Assembly (NCBI RefSeq): GCF_006345805.1
Contig: NC_043017.1
Coordinates: 31,186,001 to 31,250,000 of the forward strand
DNA length: 64,000 bases
From: Octopus sinensis
Lineage: Eukaryota
Reading direction: 5' to 3'
Under the pieces are notes generated by a model. The model searched no databases. It was not told where the DNA came from and worked only from the letters and a program-made list of their open reading frames with translations. A program made the position numbers and the translations under genes. Position 1 is the first letter of the stretch. Every line of letters begins with the position of its first letter. Shown piece by piece: positions 39,960-53,085 of this stretch.

Positions 39960-40284
39960 AGATGTTCAATAATAACCACCCAGTCTGGTTTTCACTTATA
40001 CATCCTATATCGTGTTCTGCCTCTTCCAATGTATAATTAAGAAATAAACTGAAACCATGTAGCTATAGAGATCACCGTAATAGGAGGAATAAAGCGGCGA
40101 GCTGGCTAAATTGGAAGAACAATTCCGTTGACATTGCCTCTCATACTGTCGGGTGGATAAAATAAGTACCTATTTCTTTACTAACCACAAGGGGCTAAAC
40201 ACAGAGGGGACAAACAAGGACAAGGACAGACAAACAGATTAAGTCGATTATATATCGTCCCCAGTACGTAACTGGTACTTCTAT

Positions 40285-40437
40285 ATGTCGGTTTTTTGCG
40301 AAACCGCTCACCTACGTAAACACACCAGCATCGGTTTCAGCGATGCTGGGGAGACAAACACAAACACAACGGTACAAACACATAAACGTATACATATACA
40401 TATATATATATATATATACTTATATATATATATATAT

Positions 40438-40475
<38 letters not shown>

Positions 40476-40591
40476 ATATATATATATAATATATATATAT
40501 ATTATATATATATTATATATATATATATATATGTGTGTATGTGTGTGTGTGTGTGGTTTATATATATATAATATTGTATGTATATTATATG

Positions 40592-40646
<55 letters not shown>

Positions 40647-40800
40647 CGACCTCTTTCAGTTTCCGTCTACCAAATCCACCTACACGGCTTTGGTCGACCC
40701 GGCTATATAGAAGACACCTTCCCCTGGTTCCACGCAGTGGAATTGTACCTGGAACCATGTGGTTGGGATGCAGGCTTCTTACTACATAGCCACCCACGCA
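40285..40800 (-). mobile_element. Decayed SINE family A with an expanded (TA)n core
   Basis: gtaaacacaccagcatcggtt...ctttcagtttccgtctaccaaatcca...ggaaccatgtggttgg. Confidence 0.75.
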
Positions 40801-41139
40801 CATAGACATTCGCTTCTATTTCTTGAAAGTGAAGCAATTCGGACACCGTAGTAGATAATGTAGTCCTAGTAAAACTTGTCGTGGTAGATGTGGATGTCAT
40901 GGTTCCAGACCTTGTATCTTCAGTAGAAAGAATTATTATTAATATTTGGCAGAATGGTTAGCACACAAGTCGAAATGCATAGCAGCTTTTCGTCCGTCTC
41001 ACGTTCCGAGTTCAATTTCCACCGAGATCTTCTTTGCCTTTCATCTTTTCGGGGACGATAAAATAAGTACCAGATAACTAATGGAGTAAATACAATCGAT
41101 TTATCTCCCCACCTCAAAATTGTTGAACAATATTTGAAA

Positions 41140-41163
41140 CTACTAACTACTACTATACTACTA

Positions 41164-41194
<31 letters not shown>

Positions 41195-41340
41195 CCTACT
41201 ACTACTACTACTACTACTGTTACTACTACTACTACTATTGCTGTTACTACTACTATTACTCCTGATGTTGCTGCTACTACTACTACTGCTGCTGCTGCTG
41301 TTGCTACTGCTACTGCTACTACTACTACTACTACTACTAA
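41140..41340. repeat. (CTA)n/(CTG)n microsatellite, flanked by decayed SINE-B pieces (40915-41120, 41340-41555)
   Basis: Directly visible. Confidence 0.85.
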
Positions 41341-41689
41341 GGTGGTGGGCTGATAATATATTTAGCTTAGCCGACAAAATTCTTAGCAGCATTTCATCCG
41401 TCTTTAAGTTTTGAACTCAAATCTTGCCGAGGTCGATTTTTCTTTGATCTTTTCAGGGGTCAATGAAATAAGTACCAGTTGGGCTCTGCAATCGCTGTAA
41501 TCGACTTATCCCCTCCTCCGAAATTGCTGGCCTCATACCAGAATTTGAAACCATCGTACGTCCCCCAAAACAGCAACAAATAAAAACATGATCACACAAT
41601 GCTTCTTACACCTTAGAAACACGTCGTGTAGCAGGTGATGCAGTAGAAATTGGCCGGGAAATATCAAACGTCGTATAACAATAATAATA

Positions 41690-42025
41690 ATTGAGCATCA
41701 TAGCCATGTGTTGAAAGGGATTCTTTGGGGTTTGAATGATTCACCTCTGGAAACATGGGTGGTTCTTTCAACATCCTTAAACAACCCTTATTCAGGGGTC
41801 TTTTGAGCGGGATGGGCTACTCAACCTGAAGAAAATTCTAACTGGGCCCCACCTGCAAGGTCATGTGCTGTTTATCTTGATATGAGATCACCATGTCCGC
41901 ACATATGGTTGGTGATGCATGTGCTTGGTGTACCTTTATCAGACGGGTAGTCATGATGGGTATATTGGGCTTCGTATATTTTACCCCAGTGTCACTTTGA
42001 TGGCATCACTGCTCTCTCACTCAAT
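41690..42025 (+). mobile_element. 5'-truncated non-coding (TAA)n-tailed retroelement (family T)
   Basis: Matches 43863-44195; ends ctctcactcaataat. Confidence 0.8.
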
Positions 42026-42155
42026 AATATAATTATAAACAATAATAATAATTATGACAATAATAATAATAATGATAATAATGATAATAATAATAATATA
42101 TCATAATAATAATAATAATAATAATAATATATAATCATAAAATAATAATAATAAT

Positions 42156-43430
42156 GTGAAGTAAAGAATATAGATAGAAAAATACGCAGCTGCTGAGTTG
42201 TAATAGGATGCACCACCCAAAGGCAGACGTAGATCGCCTTTACCTTCCCAGAGCCCAAGGAGGTCGAGCCTGATCCAATTTGAACTAGCTTACAAAACAA
42301 CCACAATTGGACTGGCCAAATATCTCGAAATATCGAATGACTGGATGCTAAAGCTCGTGGAAAATCACGAGAGACGAAAGAAGCTTCATTCTATCATCAA
42401 GGAAAGCAAAAATTTGCTATTGATCTCGTGCAGGATACCCAAACTGAACAACCCGAGAGAAGTACGGCAACTATTGCTGCAAAGAAGGTGAAAATGACGG
42501 CAATGAAAATAGCGCACGAGCAATTGGCTGATAGGTGGGAGGAGAAACCTCTGCACGGCAAATATGTGACCCGCAGCAAACAAGCTGATGTTGACCAGAA
42601 GCAAACCCATCAGTGGCTGCGGAGCTCAGGGCTAAAAGCAGAGAGCGAAGGTTTCATCCTGGCTGCTCAAGACCAAAGCCTATCAACCCGGAACTACCAG
42701 GCCAATGTGATGAAAAATGGAGCAGACCCAAAATGCCGATTCTGCAACGACATGATTGAAACAGTGGACACCTAATCTCTGGATGTAAAGTCTTAGCACC
42801 AGTGGAGTATAAATTAAGACATGACAGAGTGGCCAATATCTCCACTGGCTAATAAGTCGCATTACAATATCAAAACTGCCGACAAGTGGTATAATCACCA
42901 CCCTGAGGCTGTAACTGAAGGAGAAATGTAACCATTCTGTGGGACTTTCCAGTACATACAGACCGAACCATCAAGGCCAATAAACCAGATATTGTTGTGA
43001 AAGACCAAACAATAAAGTTTGCTTATTGATCGACATGAGCATCCCCTGTGATCATAATATCTCAGCGAAAGAGTTTGACAAGCTCAGAAAATATAAAGAC
43101 CTACTCATTGAAATTGAGAAAATGTGCATCTCAGGCGGTTACAATACCAGTGATCGTAGGAGCACTAGGAATGATCAAGAAGGGAACCGAAAATATATGA
43201 GAATGATCCCTGGCTTACCATCCCTGCAAGAAGTGCAAAAGATTGTCTTAACTGGTACATCACACGTATTGAGAAGAGCATTGTCGATGTGAGAACTGTT
43301 GCTGCTCATGCATTTAAATTTGAGTTTGGTTTAATGGCCTACCAATATACACTATGAGTTTCTTTGCCCTAGGAGTCGGGAAGACACTCGGCAAGAAATG
43401 GAAGAAAATTTGAAAGAAGAAAAAAAAAAG
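42156..43430 (+). pseudogene. R4/Dong-clade non-LTR retrotransposon, 5'-truncated (RT thumb, CCHC knuckle, RLE domain, 3' UTR)
   Basis: HHPKADVDRLYLPR.QGGRGL; W.EKPLHGKY; CRFC...ETVDHLISGC; RHDRV; ILWDFPVHTDRTIKANKPDIVV; IDMSIP..K..KYKDL; VLRRALSM*. Flanked by (TAA)n. Confidence 0.9.
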
Positions 43431-43452
43431 TAATAATAATAATAATAATAAT

Positions 43453-43593
43453 ACACTAAGTACAAAACCACATATGATTGTGATGCATGTGCCTGGTGTA
43501 CCCTTATCAGACGGGTAGTCATGATGGGTATATTGGGCTTCGTATATTTTACCCCAGTCTCACTTTGATGGCATGAACCGCTCTCTCACTCAA

Positions 43594-43597
<4 letters not shown>
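43453..43597 (+). mobile_element. Short family T 3' end with a chimeric 5' end
   Basis: catatgattgtgatgcatgtgcctggtg...ctctctcactcaagaataat. Confidence 0.8.
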
Positions 43598-43639
<42 letters not shown>

Positions 43640-43640
<1 letters not shown>

Positions 43641-44195
43641 GCCCTGATGCAGTACCTGACAGTGGCTCTCATGGCTTCTGATCTTAGCTGATTGGAAGTG
43701 TTATCACGTACATTGTTTTGTCTTGGTATAAAAGATGGGCTACAGCAAATATTCTGCTCAACACCACAGATTTGCTTGTCAGTTGTTTGACCATAACCAG
43801 TTGAGCATGTCCCTTAGTGGCTGACGATATGTGCATCTCTGATCATGAGCAGAAGTAGTGGAGGAGCATCATAGCCATGTGTTGAGAGGGATTCTTTGGG
43901 GTTTGAATAATTCACCTCTGGAAACATGGGTGGTTCGTTCAACATCCTTAAACAACCCTTATTCAGGGGTCTTTTGAGCGGGATGGGTTACTCGATCAGA
44001 AGAAAACTCTACCTGGGCTCCACCTGCAAGGTCATGTGCTGTTTATCTTGATATGAGATCACCATGTCGCGCACATATGGTTGTGATGCACGTGCCTAGT
44101 GTACCCTTAGCAGACGGGTAGTCATGATGGGTATATTGGGCTTCGTATATTTTACCCCAGTGTCACATTGATGGCATGCACTGCCCTCTCACTCA
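43640..44195 (+). mobile_element. Family T element, longest copy (~555 bp)
   Basis: No ORF; sits between (TAA)n tracts; shares its 3' end with 41690 and 43453. Confidence 0.8.
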
Positions 44196-44237
44196 ATAAT
44201 AATAATAATATAATAATAATAATAATAATAATAATAA

Positions 44238-44269
<32 letters not shown>

Positions 44270-44270
44270 A

Positions 44271-44403
44271 ACACTAAGTCCAAAACCAAATATATGGCAC
44301 CCTAGTCATAACACCAACATGAACATCCAACCTGTTGTCTCTTGAAGTCTCTGGGTGAGACTTGGAGCCAACTTGTACAAATGTAATGCAGAAGTCAATC
44401 ATA

Positions 44404-44405
<2 letters not shown>
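44271..44405 (+). mobile_element. 3' UTR end of a second (TAA)n-tailed LINE family
   Basis: Homologous to 57010-57145 (minus): ataacaccaac...tgtctcttga.gtctctgg.tgagacttggag.c.acttgtacaaat. Confidence 0.7.
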
Positions 44406-44451
<46 letters not shown>

Positions 44452-44487
44452 TAATAATAATAGTAATAATAATAATAATAATAATAA

Positions 44488-44643
44488 CATACAGAAAATT
44501 GCACTACTAGGCACTGCACACATCCTACGCAGAACACTTTCCATACAATAACCATCAGAGCATCACAACAAATCACAGCACATACCCAAGGCACACAGAG
44601 CTGCGCTCGGTAGTGAAGTGAAAGCACGCTATAAAAAACACTA

Positions 44644-44650
<7 letters not shown>
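44488..44650 (+). pseudogene. 3' end of a third R4/Dong-like LINE family
   Basis: Translates IQKIALLGTAHILRRTLSIQ*, homologous to VQKIVLTGTSHVLRRALSM*; followed by a short UTR and (TAA)n. Confidence 0.8.
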
Positions 44651-44701
<51 letters not shown>

Positions 44702-45522
44702 TAATAATAATAATAATGTTAATAATAATGAGAGAAGGAGGAGGAGGAGGAGGAGGAGGAGGAGATGATGAGGAATAGCAGCCTTAGCATTAGCTGCAAC
44801 ATAGATTCTTCATTATCCAATTACATTATCGTTCTTTTTCGTGCAAAAGATAGAAAGACAGATTGAAACCGAATATGAATGACCAGGTTGTAAATGTAAC
44901 TATAATGTTTTGATAATTAATACTGTATATAATTGGAAACACAATTAATGAATAGAGAATAAATTAATTACCAGAGAATAAATAATTCATATCAGACATT
45001 GATTAATTAATATCGGCCAGCGCTTAATTATTTCTTTCCCATCGTTAGTACTATTTCCTTTGTAAAACGTTAGCGCTCTTGACTAATTAACACCAATTTG
45101 ATATAAAAGTGCATGTGTAGTTGAAATTATGAAAAACGCATTACAATTATTAAAATAATTTTTTGGTCTGCCATTGTCTCTTTAAGTGTGTTTGTGTCTT
45201 TTTCGTTCTTATTTTTCGTCCATTGTTTTTCAATGGTTTATTCAGAAGGAAAAGATTTTTGACATTGGATTTTGCAGGCTATCTCTGACTTGTAAGAGTG
45301 ATGTAGCTAACCTTCTCTTGTCTCGTGGCAAAACAAAGACTGCATGGAAAAGAAGCATGGGCAGCAACAGAAATTCGGAGATACAATATTCTAGGGAAGA
45401 AGAACTAAGAGTAGTAGTTAGAGTGGAGCCTGGGGTATACAAATTACACGAGAAAACAGGGAAGAGCAACGACGGTGTTCCTTGTTGTTTAATGAGAATA
45501 ACGACTAGTTGAAAGAGTTATA

Positions 45523-46112
45523 TCTATTTCTTAACTGCCCACAAGGGGCTAAACAAAGAGAGGAGAAACAAGGACAGACAAACGGATTAAGTCGATTACA
45601 TCGACCCCAGTGCGTAACTGGTACTTATTTAATCGACCCCGAAAGGATGAAAGGCAAAGTCGACCTCGGCGGAATTTGAACCCAGAACGTAACGGCAGAC
45701 GAAATACCTATTTCTTTACTACCCACAAGAGGCTAAACACAAAGGGGATAAACAAGGACAGGCAAACGGATTAAGTCAATTATATCGACCCCAGTGCGTA
45801 ACTGGTATTTATTTAATCGACCCCGAAAGGATGAAAGGCAAAGTCGACCTCGGCGGAATTTGAACTCAGAACGTAACGACAGACGAAATACCTGTTTCTT
45901 TACTACCCACAAGGGGCTAAACACAGAGAGGACAAACGAGGACAGACAGACGGATTAAGTCGATTATATCGACCCCGGTGCGTAACTGGTACTTATTTAA
46001 TCGACCCCGAAAGGATGAAAGGCAAAGTCGACCTCGGCGGAATTTGAACTCAGAACGTAGCGGCAGACGAAATACCGCTAAGCATTTCTCCCGGCGTGCT
46101 AACCGTTCTGCC
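45523..46112 (-). mobile_element. SINE family B multimer (head + 3 units)
   Basis: TSD aagagttata (45513-45522, 46113-46122). Confidence 0.9.
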
Positions 46113-46214
46113 AAGAGTTATACCATTGAGTAATTATCGCTTATGGTATGTGATTCTGGTTAGTGATACAAATCAAACAATCCAATTTAATACGGTTCTC
46201 ATCTTTCACTAGGT

Positions 46215-46665
46215 GTCGTCGTTGTCATCGTTATCATCTTCCCCACCACCACCACAACCACCACCGTCATCATCGTCGTCGTCGTCATCATCACCATAGT
46301 CATCGTCATGATAAATTGAACGTCTTTGTCATCATCATTATCAACATTATCATCATCATCATCTTCACCATCTTCATCGTGGTCATCATCAATGTCATCA
46401 TCATAGTCATCGTCATCATGGTCACCATCATCTTCGTCATCACAACCACCCCACCATCATCATCATCATCGTCATCATCATCATCATCATCATCATTATC
46501 ACCATCATCATTATCATCATCATTATCACTACCATCATCATCATAGCCATCATCATCGTCATCATCATCATCATCATTATCATCATCATTACAATCATCA
46601 TCATCATCAATATCCTCATCATTAATGTTATCATCATTGTCGTCATCATCGTCGTCGTCGTCATC
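46215..46665. repeat. (CAT)n degenerate microsatellite
   Basis: Directly visible. Confidence 0.95.
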
Positions 46666-47207
46666 TCTCGGCAGATTCAAAACCATAGATCCTCATAGAT
46701 CCGTGTTGCTCTCCTCAAACTCTCCCCGTAGTTTAAATCAATCGAATCCTCACTCACTCCCATTCACTAAATTCTCAGCTTTTCTTCTGCATCACTTTTT
46801 TTCTTACTTTTCCTTCTATATAACGACTTTCTAAATCATTTATTTTCCTCAAATTGATTATACAAAATATCTTTGCTCTGTCTCTTTGATGGCGTGTAAG
46901 AAAATGCCAGTTTTATTACATTATCAATAGTTTTTACTACTTTCCTCCATATTATCAATTTCTCCACTATATTCATATCTCAAAGGTTTCAAATTTATTT
47001 GATAATAATTTTTATACTCATGTTCCAGTTCCAGTTCCATATATATTATTCGAAATATTTTTTTCCTGTTTCTCTGTTAAAATGCATTGATATTGTTGTG
47101 CGTGTCCATTTTACTGTTGTCTTTTTAACTCTTTCCGTGCGTTTAGTTTCTTCAACTTCCAACGTTTCCGAATTGCGGTAAACATCCGAGTTAAAAGATA
47201 CTGTAAA

Positions 47208-47641
47208 GCGTTAGCTCTCAACCAGGGTCCATACAAACAAAATGGTAAATTAGGGATGCTTATAATATTTTGGGACCCCTAAATCATATAAGATTTTGTG
47301 GGGTCCATGCAAACAAAATGGTAAATTAGGGATGTTTATAATATTTTAAGGACCCCTAAAACATATAAGATTTTGTGGGGTCCATGCAAACAAAATGTAA
47401 ATTAGGGATGCTTATAATATTTTAAGGACCCCTAAAACATTTTGTTCCAAGAAACAGTGAGGTTTCTTTCTCTAACATTTTACAGTTTAAACCTACACAA
47501 GTTAATGTGTGAAAAACAAAATAGAAATTTTGAAAGAAATTTCTATTAAAATGTTTTTAAACACTGAATGGCTATGGTGGCCCACCAGATTAGAATAGGT
47601 ATCAAAGGGGTCCTTAAATGAGAAAATGGTTGAGGACCCCT
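47208..47641. mobile_element. hAT-like MITE with an internal ~77-bp tandem repeat (~2.8 copies, 47225-47440)
   Basis: Ends ctctcaaccagggtcc / atggttgaggacccct resemble hAT TIRs; units start at 47225, 47301 and 47378. Confidence 0.65.
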
Positions 47642-48199
47642 CTACATTGTAGAGTATTACTTGATATGGGTTTATAAAGTGATTGGAATTATAAATTATT
47701 GGAATGTTGATTCGTTGGTGCAAATTAATCCCTATGGTTAGAAATAGCACCTAAATCTCACTCAGACTTCACCCTACAGTTATTCAGATGACAGCACATT
47801 CTATAAATAAATTCAGGATACGATTTAACTGAATGAGAAAGAAGGAATCGATATGAATGTAATGGCTTTGTTGAGAGGTCTGCTTCAATTACAGTTGACC
47901 GAGAGCTAAATAGAAGCAACACTAACAACATCAACAATATCGTCATCAACAACAGCATAAACTCTACAAAACCGCACAACAAAAACCTAATAGTGTCATC
48001 CACAACCCGAAAGTACGATGGCCACATATGGCCACTGAGTTGTGATGGAGTACACTTCAGTGTTCATCTGTTTCGGGTTCAATACCTCTCTTCTTCACCT
48101 TGAGAAAATAACTCCTACTTTATCATCAGGTGTACCAAATCATAGTTTAGGGAGTAACAAGACTCATGAGGAAGGATTTTTAGTTTTGTGAAAGAACAG

Positions 48200-48242
48200 A
48201 CATAGAAGGAAGAAGAAAAACCAGGAGGAGGAGGAGGAGGAG

Positions 48243-48277
<35 letters not shown>

Positions 48278-48780
48278 AAACGAAGAAGAGAAAGAAGAAG
48301 AAGAAGAACAACAACAACAACAACAACAACAACAACGAAGAAGAGAAAGAAGAAGAGAAGAAGAAGAGGAACAACAACAACAACACAACAACAACAACAA
48401 CGAAGAAGAGAAAGAAGAAGAAGAACAAAAACAACAACAACGAAGAAGAAGAAGAACAAGAAGAATATGAGGAGGAGGAGGAGAAGAAGAAGAAGAAGAA
48501 GAAGAAACAATGAAAGAAAGACAATGAAGAAAAGAAAAAGAAATATAGAAGAATACGAAGAACAACAACAACAGAGAAGAAGAAGAAGACGAAGAAGAAG
48601 AAGAAGAAGGACAACAACGACAACAACGAAGAAGAAGAAGAGAACAACAACAACAACAACAACAACAAGATGATGATGATGAAGACAACGAAGAAAGAAA
48701 AGAAAGTCATAACAGAAGAAGAAAAAGAGGATGAAGACAGCGGAGAGGATGATTCCAACGAAGAAAGAAAAATAAAATTG
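48200..48780. repeat. (GAA)n/(CAA)n/(GGA)n compound array
   Basis: Directly visible. Confidence 0.95.
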
Positions 48781-48965
48781 ATGAAAAGTTGATAACGATA
48801 TCGAGAGAAAAGAAAGAAATGCAAATAGATAACAACTTTCCCACAGAGTGTCGAATGCAGACAAATATACAACCAAACATTTGGCTGTGAATAATCAAGA
48901 ACGCACACAACGTTTTATATATACGCATAATATGAATTTTATATATATATAATATATATATGATG

Positions 48966-49038
<73 letters not shown>

Positions 49039-49487
49039 TATGTGTGTACCTTATACATACGCACAGTAAATCATAGAAAAGTTCCCCGTTTCACGATAAC
49101 TACCTCTGCTGTCATCATTTCATTTATTTTTTGTTTCACTTCACTCTCTTTGACACCAACACCTATATCATCACTATAATTATTATAATTGTCTTCGACG
49201 ATGGCGTTGTTGTCGTGCCCATCATCAGTCTGATAATCATTGTCGTCATTATGGTTTCAACACCACCCACATAGATCTACATTCTCCACACTCTTTCTTT
49301 CTCCCTCTCTCTCTCGCTTTTCGTTCCTTTCTACACCTTATCCCACACTTGCAACGCTCTTATGTGTGGCTCTGTATCTTCGCCCTTCCCACTCTTTCCA
49401 CCAAGTGTGTTTACAAGCAACAATATTGCTACCCCCGCCCCCATCGCAGTCTGAACGAAACTTTCCAAAAGTTTCACTAACAGAGAA

Positions 49488-49560
49488 AATGATGATGATG
49501 GTAAAAATGATGATGATGACGACGACGACGACGACGTTGATAGTTATGATGATGATAATT

Positions 49561-49596
<36 letters not shown>

Positions 49597-49935
49597 GTAA
49601 TGATTACGATGATGATGATAATGATGATGATGATGATGGCGGTAATGATTATGATGATGATGATGATGATGATGACGACGACAGTAATGATGATAATGAT
49701 GTTGATAATGATGATGATGATGATAATGATGATGATGATGATGATTGTAATGATGATGATGATGATAATGATGATGGTAAATATGATGATAATGATGATG
49801 ATGAGTATAATGATGATGATGATGATGATGATTGTAATGATGATGATGATGATTATGATGATGATGAGTATAATGATGATGATGATAATGATGATGATGA
49901 TGATGATGATGATGATGGTAATGATGGTGATGATG
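49488..49935. repeat. (GAT)n/(AAT)n array
   Basis: Directly visible. Confidence 0.95.
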
Positions 49936-50739
49936 TTACTGAAAGTGCTGTAGAAGATAGGACTTTACAATTTCTTTTTATTTTATTTTTTTGTCTTTTT
50001 TTATGTTCTCTCGTCTCATCTTGCAAGTTACCTCACTGTTGTTGAGGAGTGTGTGAGTCGGTGGTGGGTCGGTGGGCGGGTTGAGGCTGTTGCTACTCCT
50101 CCTCAACTCCCCACCATCCACCCCCGCCCCACCCCACCCCATACCGTCTGCTGGAAACGGTGAACTGTATAAGAACTCTCTGAACTTTCGTCTATCGATT
50201 GAACCGGGAAAAAAAATATCGGACACTCACTGTGAACTAGAAGAAATAGTGATTTACATAGTTATACTAGGATGATGATAATAATAACAACAACAACAGA
50301 GAAACATAACAACAACGACAGCAACAACAACAATAGTAATTTTGTTGGTCGCAGGTACCCAAGACGTTGAGGAATTGACCAAGCTGAGATATATATATAT
50401 ATGCGAAAACAACAAACAAGAAAGTGTTTTGTATTTATATCGAGTAAAAAAAAGGTGTGTTCAACAGGATTAATAAAATGATAATAAATATGAAATAATA
50501 AATAGGATTAACACTACAGAACAAAAGTATGAGGTTTCTTAGGTATGGTTAGCCATCACGTAGATCGAATATCTGTTATCACGTTCGGAACAGATGTGGC
50601 TATTGGGAAGAAGACCAAGTAGACTTCAGCTATCTTTTGGCTGTGTTTTAGAATTTCGTATGCTGAACGCGTTTTGACAAGTCTTAAGTGAAAATATTTC
50701 CTGTCTGGAAAACGTCTCATCACATTCAAGTAACGTTAG

Positions 50740-51518
50740 AGAAAGAAGGCGGTGCCAAACTACATTTCAGCTGACTAAAATGACACTTGGGTTTTAGTTA
50801 CACAAGATCTCCTTGATCGTGTGGAGAGCGATAAACTTTGCGTAGGCCTCTCAACAGGTATCATCAAGTTTTTAGCAAAATTTGATGCAGATTCTCTGCT
50901 CAAATTTTTATAAATTCTTTATTGCCCACAAGGGGCTACACACAGAGGGGACAAACAAGGACAGACAATTACACCGACCCAGTGCGTAACTGGTACTTAA
51001 TTTATCGATCCCGAAAGGATGAAACACAAAGTCGACCTCGGCGGAATTTGAACTCAGAACGTAACGGCAGAGGAAATACCTATTTCTTTACTACCCACAA
51101 GGGGCTACACACAGAGGGGACAAACAAGGACAGACAAACGGATTAAGTCGATTATATCGACCCCCGTGCGTAACTGGTTCTTATTTAATCGACCCCGAAA
51201 GGATGAAAGGCAAAGTCGACCTCGGCAGAATTTGAACTGAGAACGTAACGGCAGAGGAAATACCGCTGAGCACTTCATCCGGCGTGCTAAAGTTTCTGCT
51301 AGCACACCGCTTTCTCTGCTCAATTTTTTCTGCGTTTTCAATGCAATGATCACACGCTACACACCTTCCTGTAAACAGAGAAAGTGAACAAGAACGTTAA
51401 GACTTAGTTCGCATGCACAGCAGAGTTTAGGGTCAAATCTGTGAAAGTAGCACCACTCTGCGTGCTTTAGCTTCGTTACTATGGCAACAGTCCGGATACT
51501 TATTGATCAGACCATGTA
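50740..51518 (-). mobile_element. Rearranged mariner remnant interrupted by SINE-B
   Basis: TIR tacatggtctgatcaataagtatccggac at ~51490-51518. KIEQR|ICIKFC*KLDDTC*EAYAK spans the SINE insertion. An inverted mid-transposase piece (VPN..SAD..VTQDLLDRVESD) lies at ~50750-50835. Confidence 0.75.
50915..51311 (-). mobile_element. SINE family B (head + 2 units)
   Basis: TSD ttctctgctcaa (50892-50903, 51312-51323). Confidence 0.9.
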
Positions 51519-51533
51519 CTTGTATATATATAT

Positions 51534-51590
<57 letters not shown>

Positions 51591-51656
51591 GGTCCCGGGT
51601 TGAGTCGGGGTTAACCACAGTAAATAAGGTACTCAATACATAGCAGAGTAAATTAA

Positions 51657-51777
51657 TTTATTTTGTAGAAGGAGCTTCTACAGAACTAGAACTGTTTCAT
51701 TCAAAAGAAATCATCAGGAAGCTTCCTGATGTTTCTTTTGAATGAAACAGTTCTAGTCCTGTAGAAGTCCTCTATAA

Positions 51778-51783
<6 letters not shown>
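51657..51783. mobile_element. Loopless palindrome with hammerhead-like cores, between (TA)n tracts
   Basis: Centre ggaagcttcc; the minus arm reads CTGATGA-tttc-tttt-gaat-GAAAC-a-GTT-ctag. Confidence 0.65.
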
Positions 51784-51833
<50 letters not shown>

Positions 51834-52419
51834 GAGAGAGAGAGAGAGAGAGGGGTGGGGGAAGGGTATGGATATATTAACGATTGCACCTAATTGACTG
51901 CTGGATTATTGCATATTTCATGATTGCGTACATGTTCGATACACCGAACTGTTTGGTATCGAATTCTTGTAAAGTTCATCGACAACATGATTACGTAAAT
52001 TAGATTAATTTCTCTTCATTTCCTACGATTTTTTTCATGTTGTCAGCAAAACTGGAAAAGAAAAAAAAAAGCCAAAATGTAATTTGGTCCGTTCAGTTAC
52101 CAACCCAGTCTCTGCAGCTCGTCACGTCAAGAAGGGCAAAACTGTCAAAGTAACGGCCGCTCTCTGATAGGTTTATTGAGAAGCCTGTGGCAGGGGAGAA
52201 CTCCGGCGTTCTCGCTCCTTCCTGCTCACCATTACTGAGGCAGAGATAACTATCTGCTAGTCAGTTCTCCATGAATCAAAGTGGCTATTCCAGCACATCT
52301 CCCTCACCATCCTCCGAGCCAACATCTTTTCCATTTTGTCAGGTTGGACCATCAGACAGTCCGACAAGCCTTTTAAAATATTTCTCTACAGTGAGGAAAG
52401 GGAAAGCTGTTATGATTTC

Positions 52420-52636
52420 TTCTATTCTTTCTTCTTCTTCATATTCTTCTTCTTCTTCTTCTTCTTCTTCTTCTTCTTCTTCTTCTTCTTCTTCTTGTCC
52501 TCCTTCTTCTTCTTCTTCTTGTCCTCCTTCTTCTTCTTCTCCTTCTTCAACTCCTCCTCCTCCTTCCTCCTCCTTCTCCTCCTCCTCCTTCTCCTCCTCC
52601 TCCTTCTTCTTCTTCTTCTTCTTCTCCTTCTCATCA

Positions 52637-52670
<34 letters not shown>
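52420..52670. repeat. (TTC)n/(TCC)n/(TTA)n array
   Basis: Directly visible. Confidence 0.95.
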
Positions 52671-52679
52671 GGAATCTCT

Positions 52680-53085
52680 AGGTACCCACCGAAGGGGGAG
52701 GTTGTCCTATCAACCATTATGCCGCTGTTGGTGCCGCTGGATGCCGAAATCTGGTGATGATGTTACTCCGAACTTTCCGATCCGAAGCACTGGCCTCAGT
52801 ATTCTCCACGTGGAGGCGCTGCGTCTTCAGATATTCCTCAGTTTGTTTCGCTCATGTCTACTTTCTTGCACTGCGCTGAATTCTCCGGCACATGGATCAC
52901 TGCCGCCACAATAGTTGGTGTGGAGCCTTCCGCTGCTCCTCATGCCGCCGTGACCAAACCATTATAACATGCGCTGCGGGGTTTGGTTTTCAATGATCGG
53001 CTGCTGCTGGCATTGTTCCTAGATATTGTTGCTTGAGATTCAGTCGCGTAGGATCTGACAAAAGACAGGGCCTTTCTCATCATTT
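52680..53085 (-). pseudogene. Decayed 3' end of an RTE-type LINE
   Basis: Minus strand ILRD*ISSNNI*EQCQQQPI...QRML*WFGH...GRL...DRK matches the RRLRWFGH region after the RT domain. Confidence 0.65.

Noticed and set aside
45186-45512. 108-aa non-repeat ORF
   Set aside because: GTG start, no recognisable motif and no splice support.
47225-47440. 77-bp tandem repeat as a CRISPR-like array
   Set aside because: Units are near-identical along their full length; it is a minisatellite inside a MITE.
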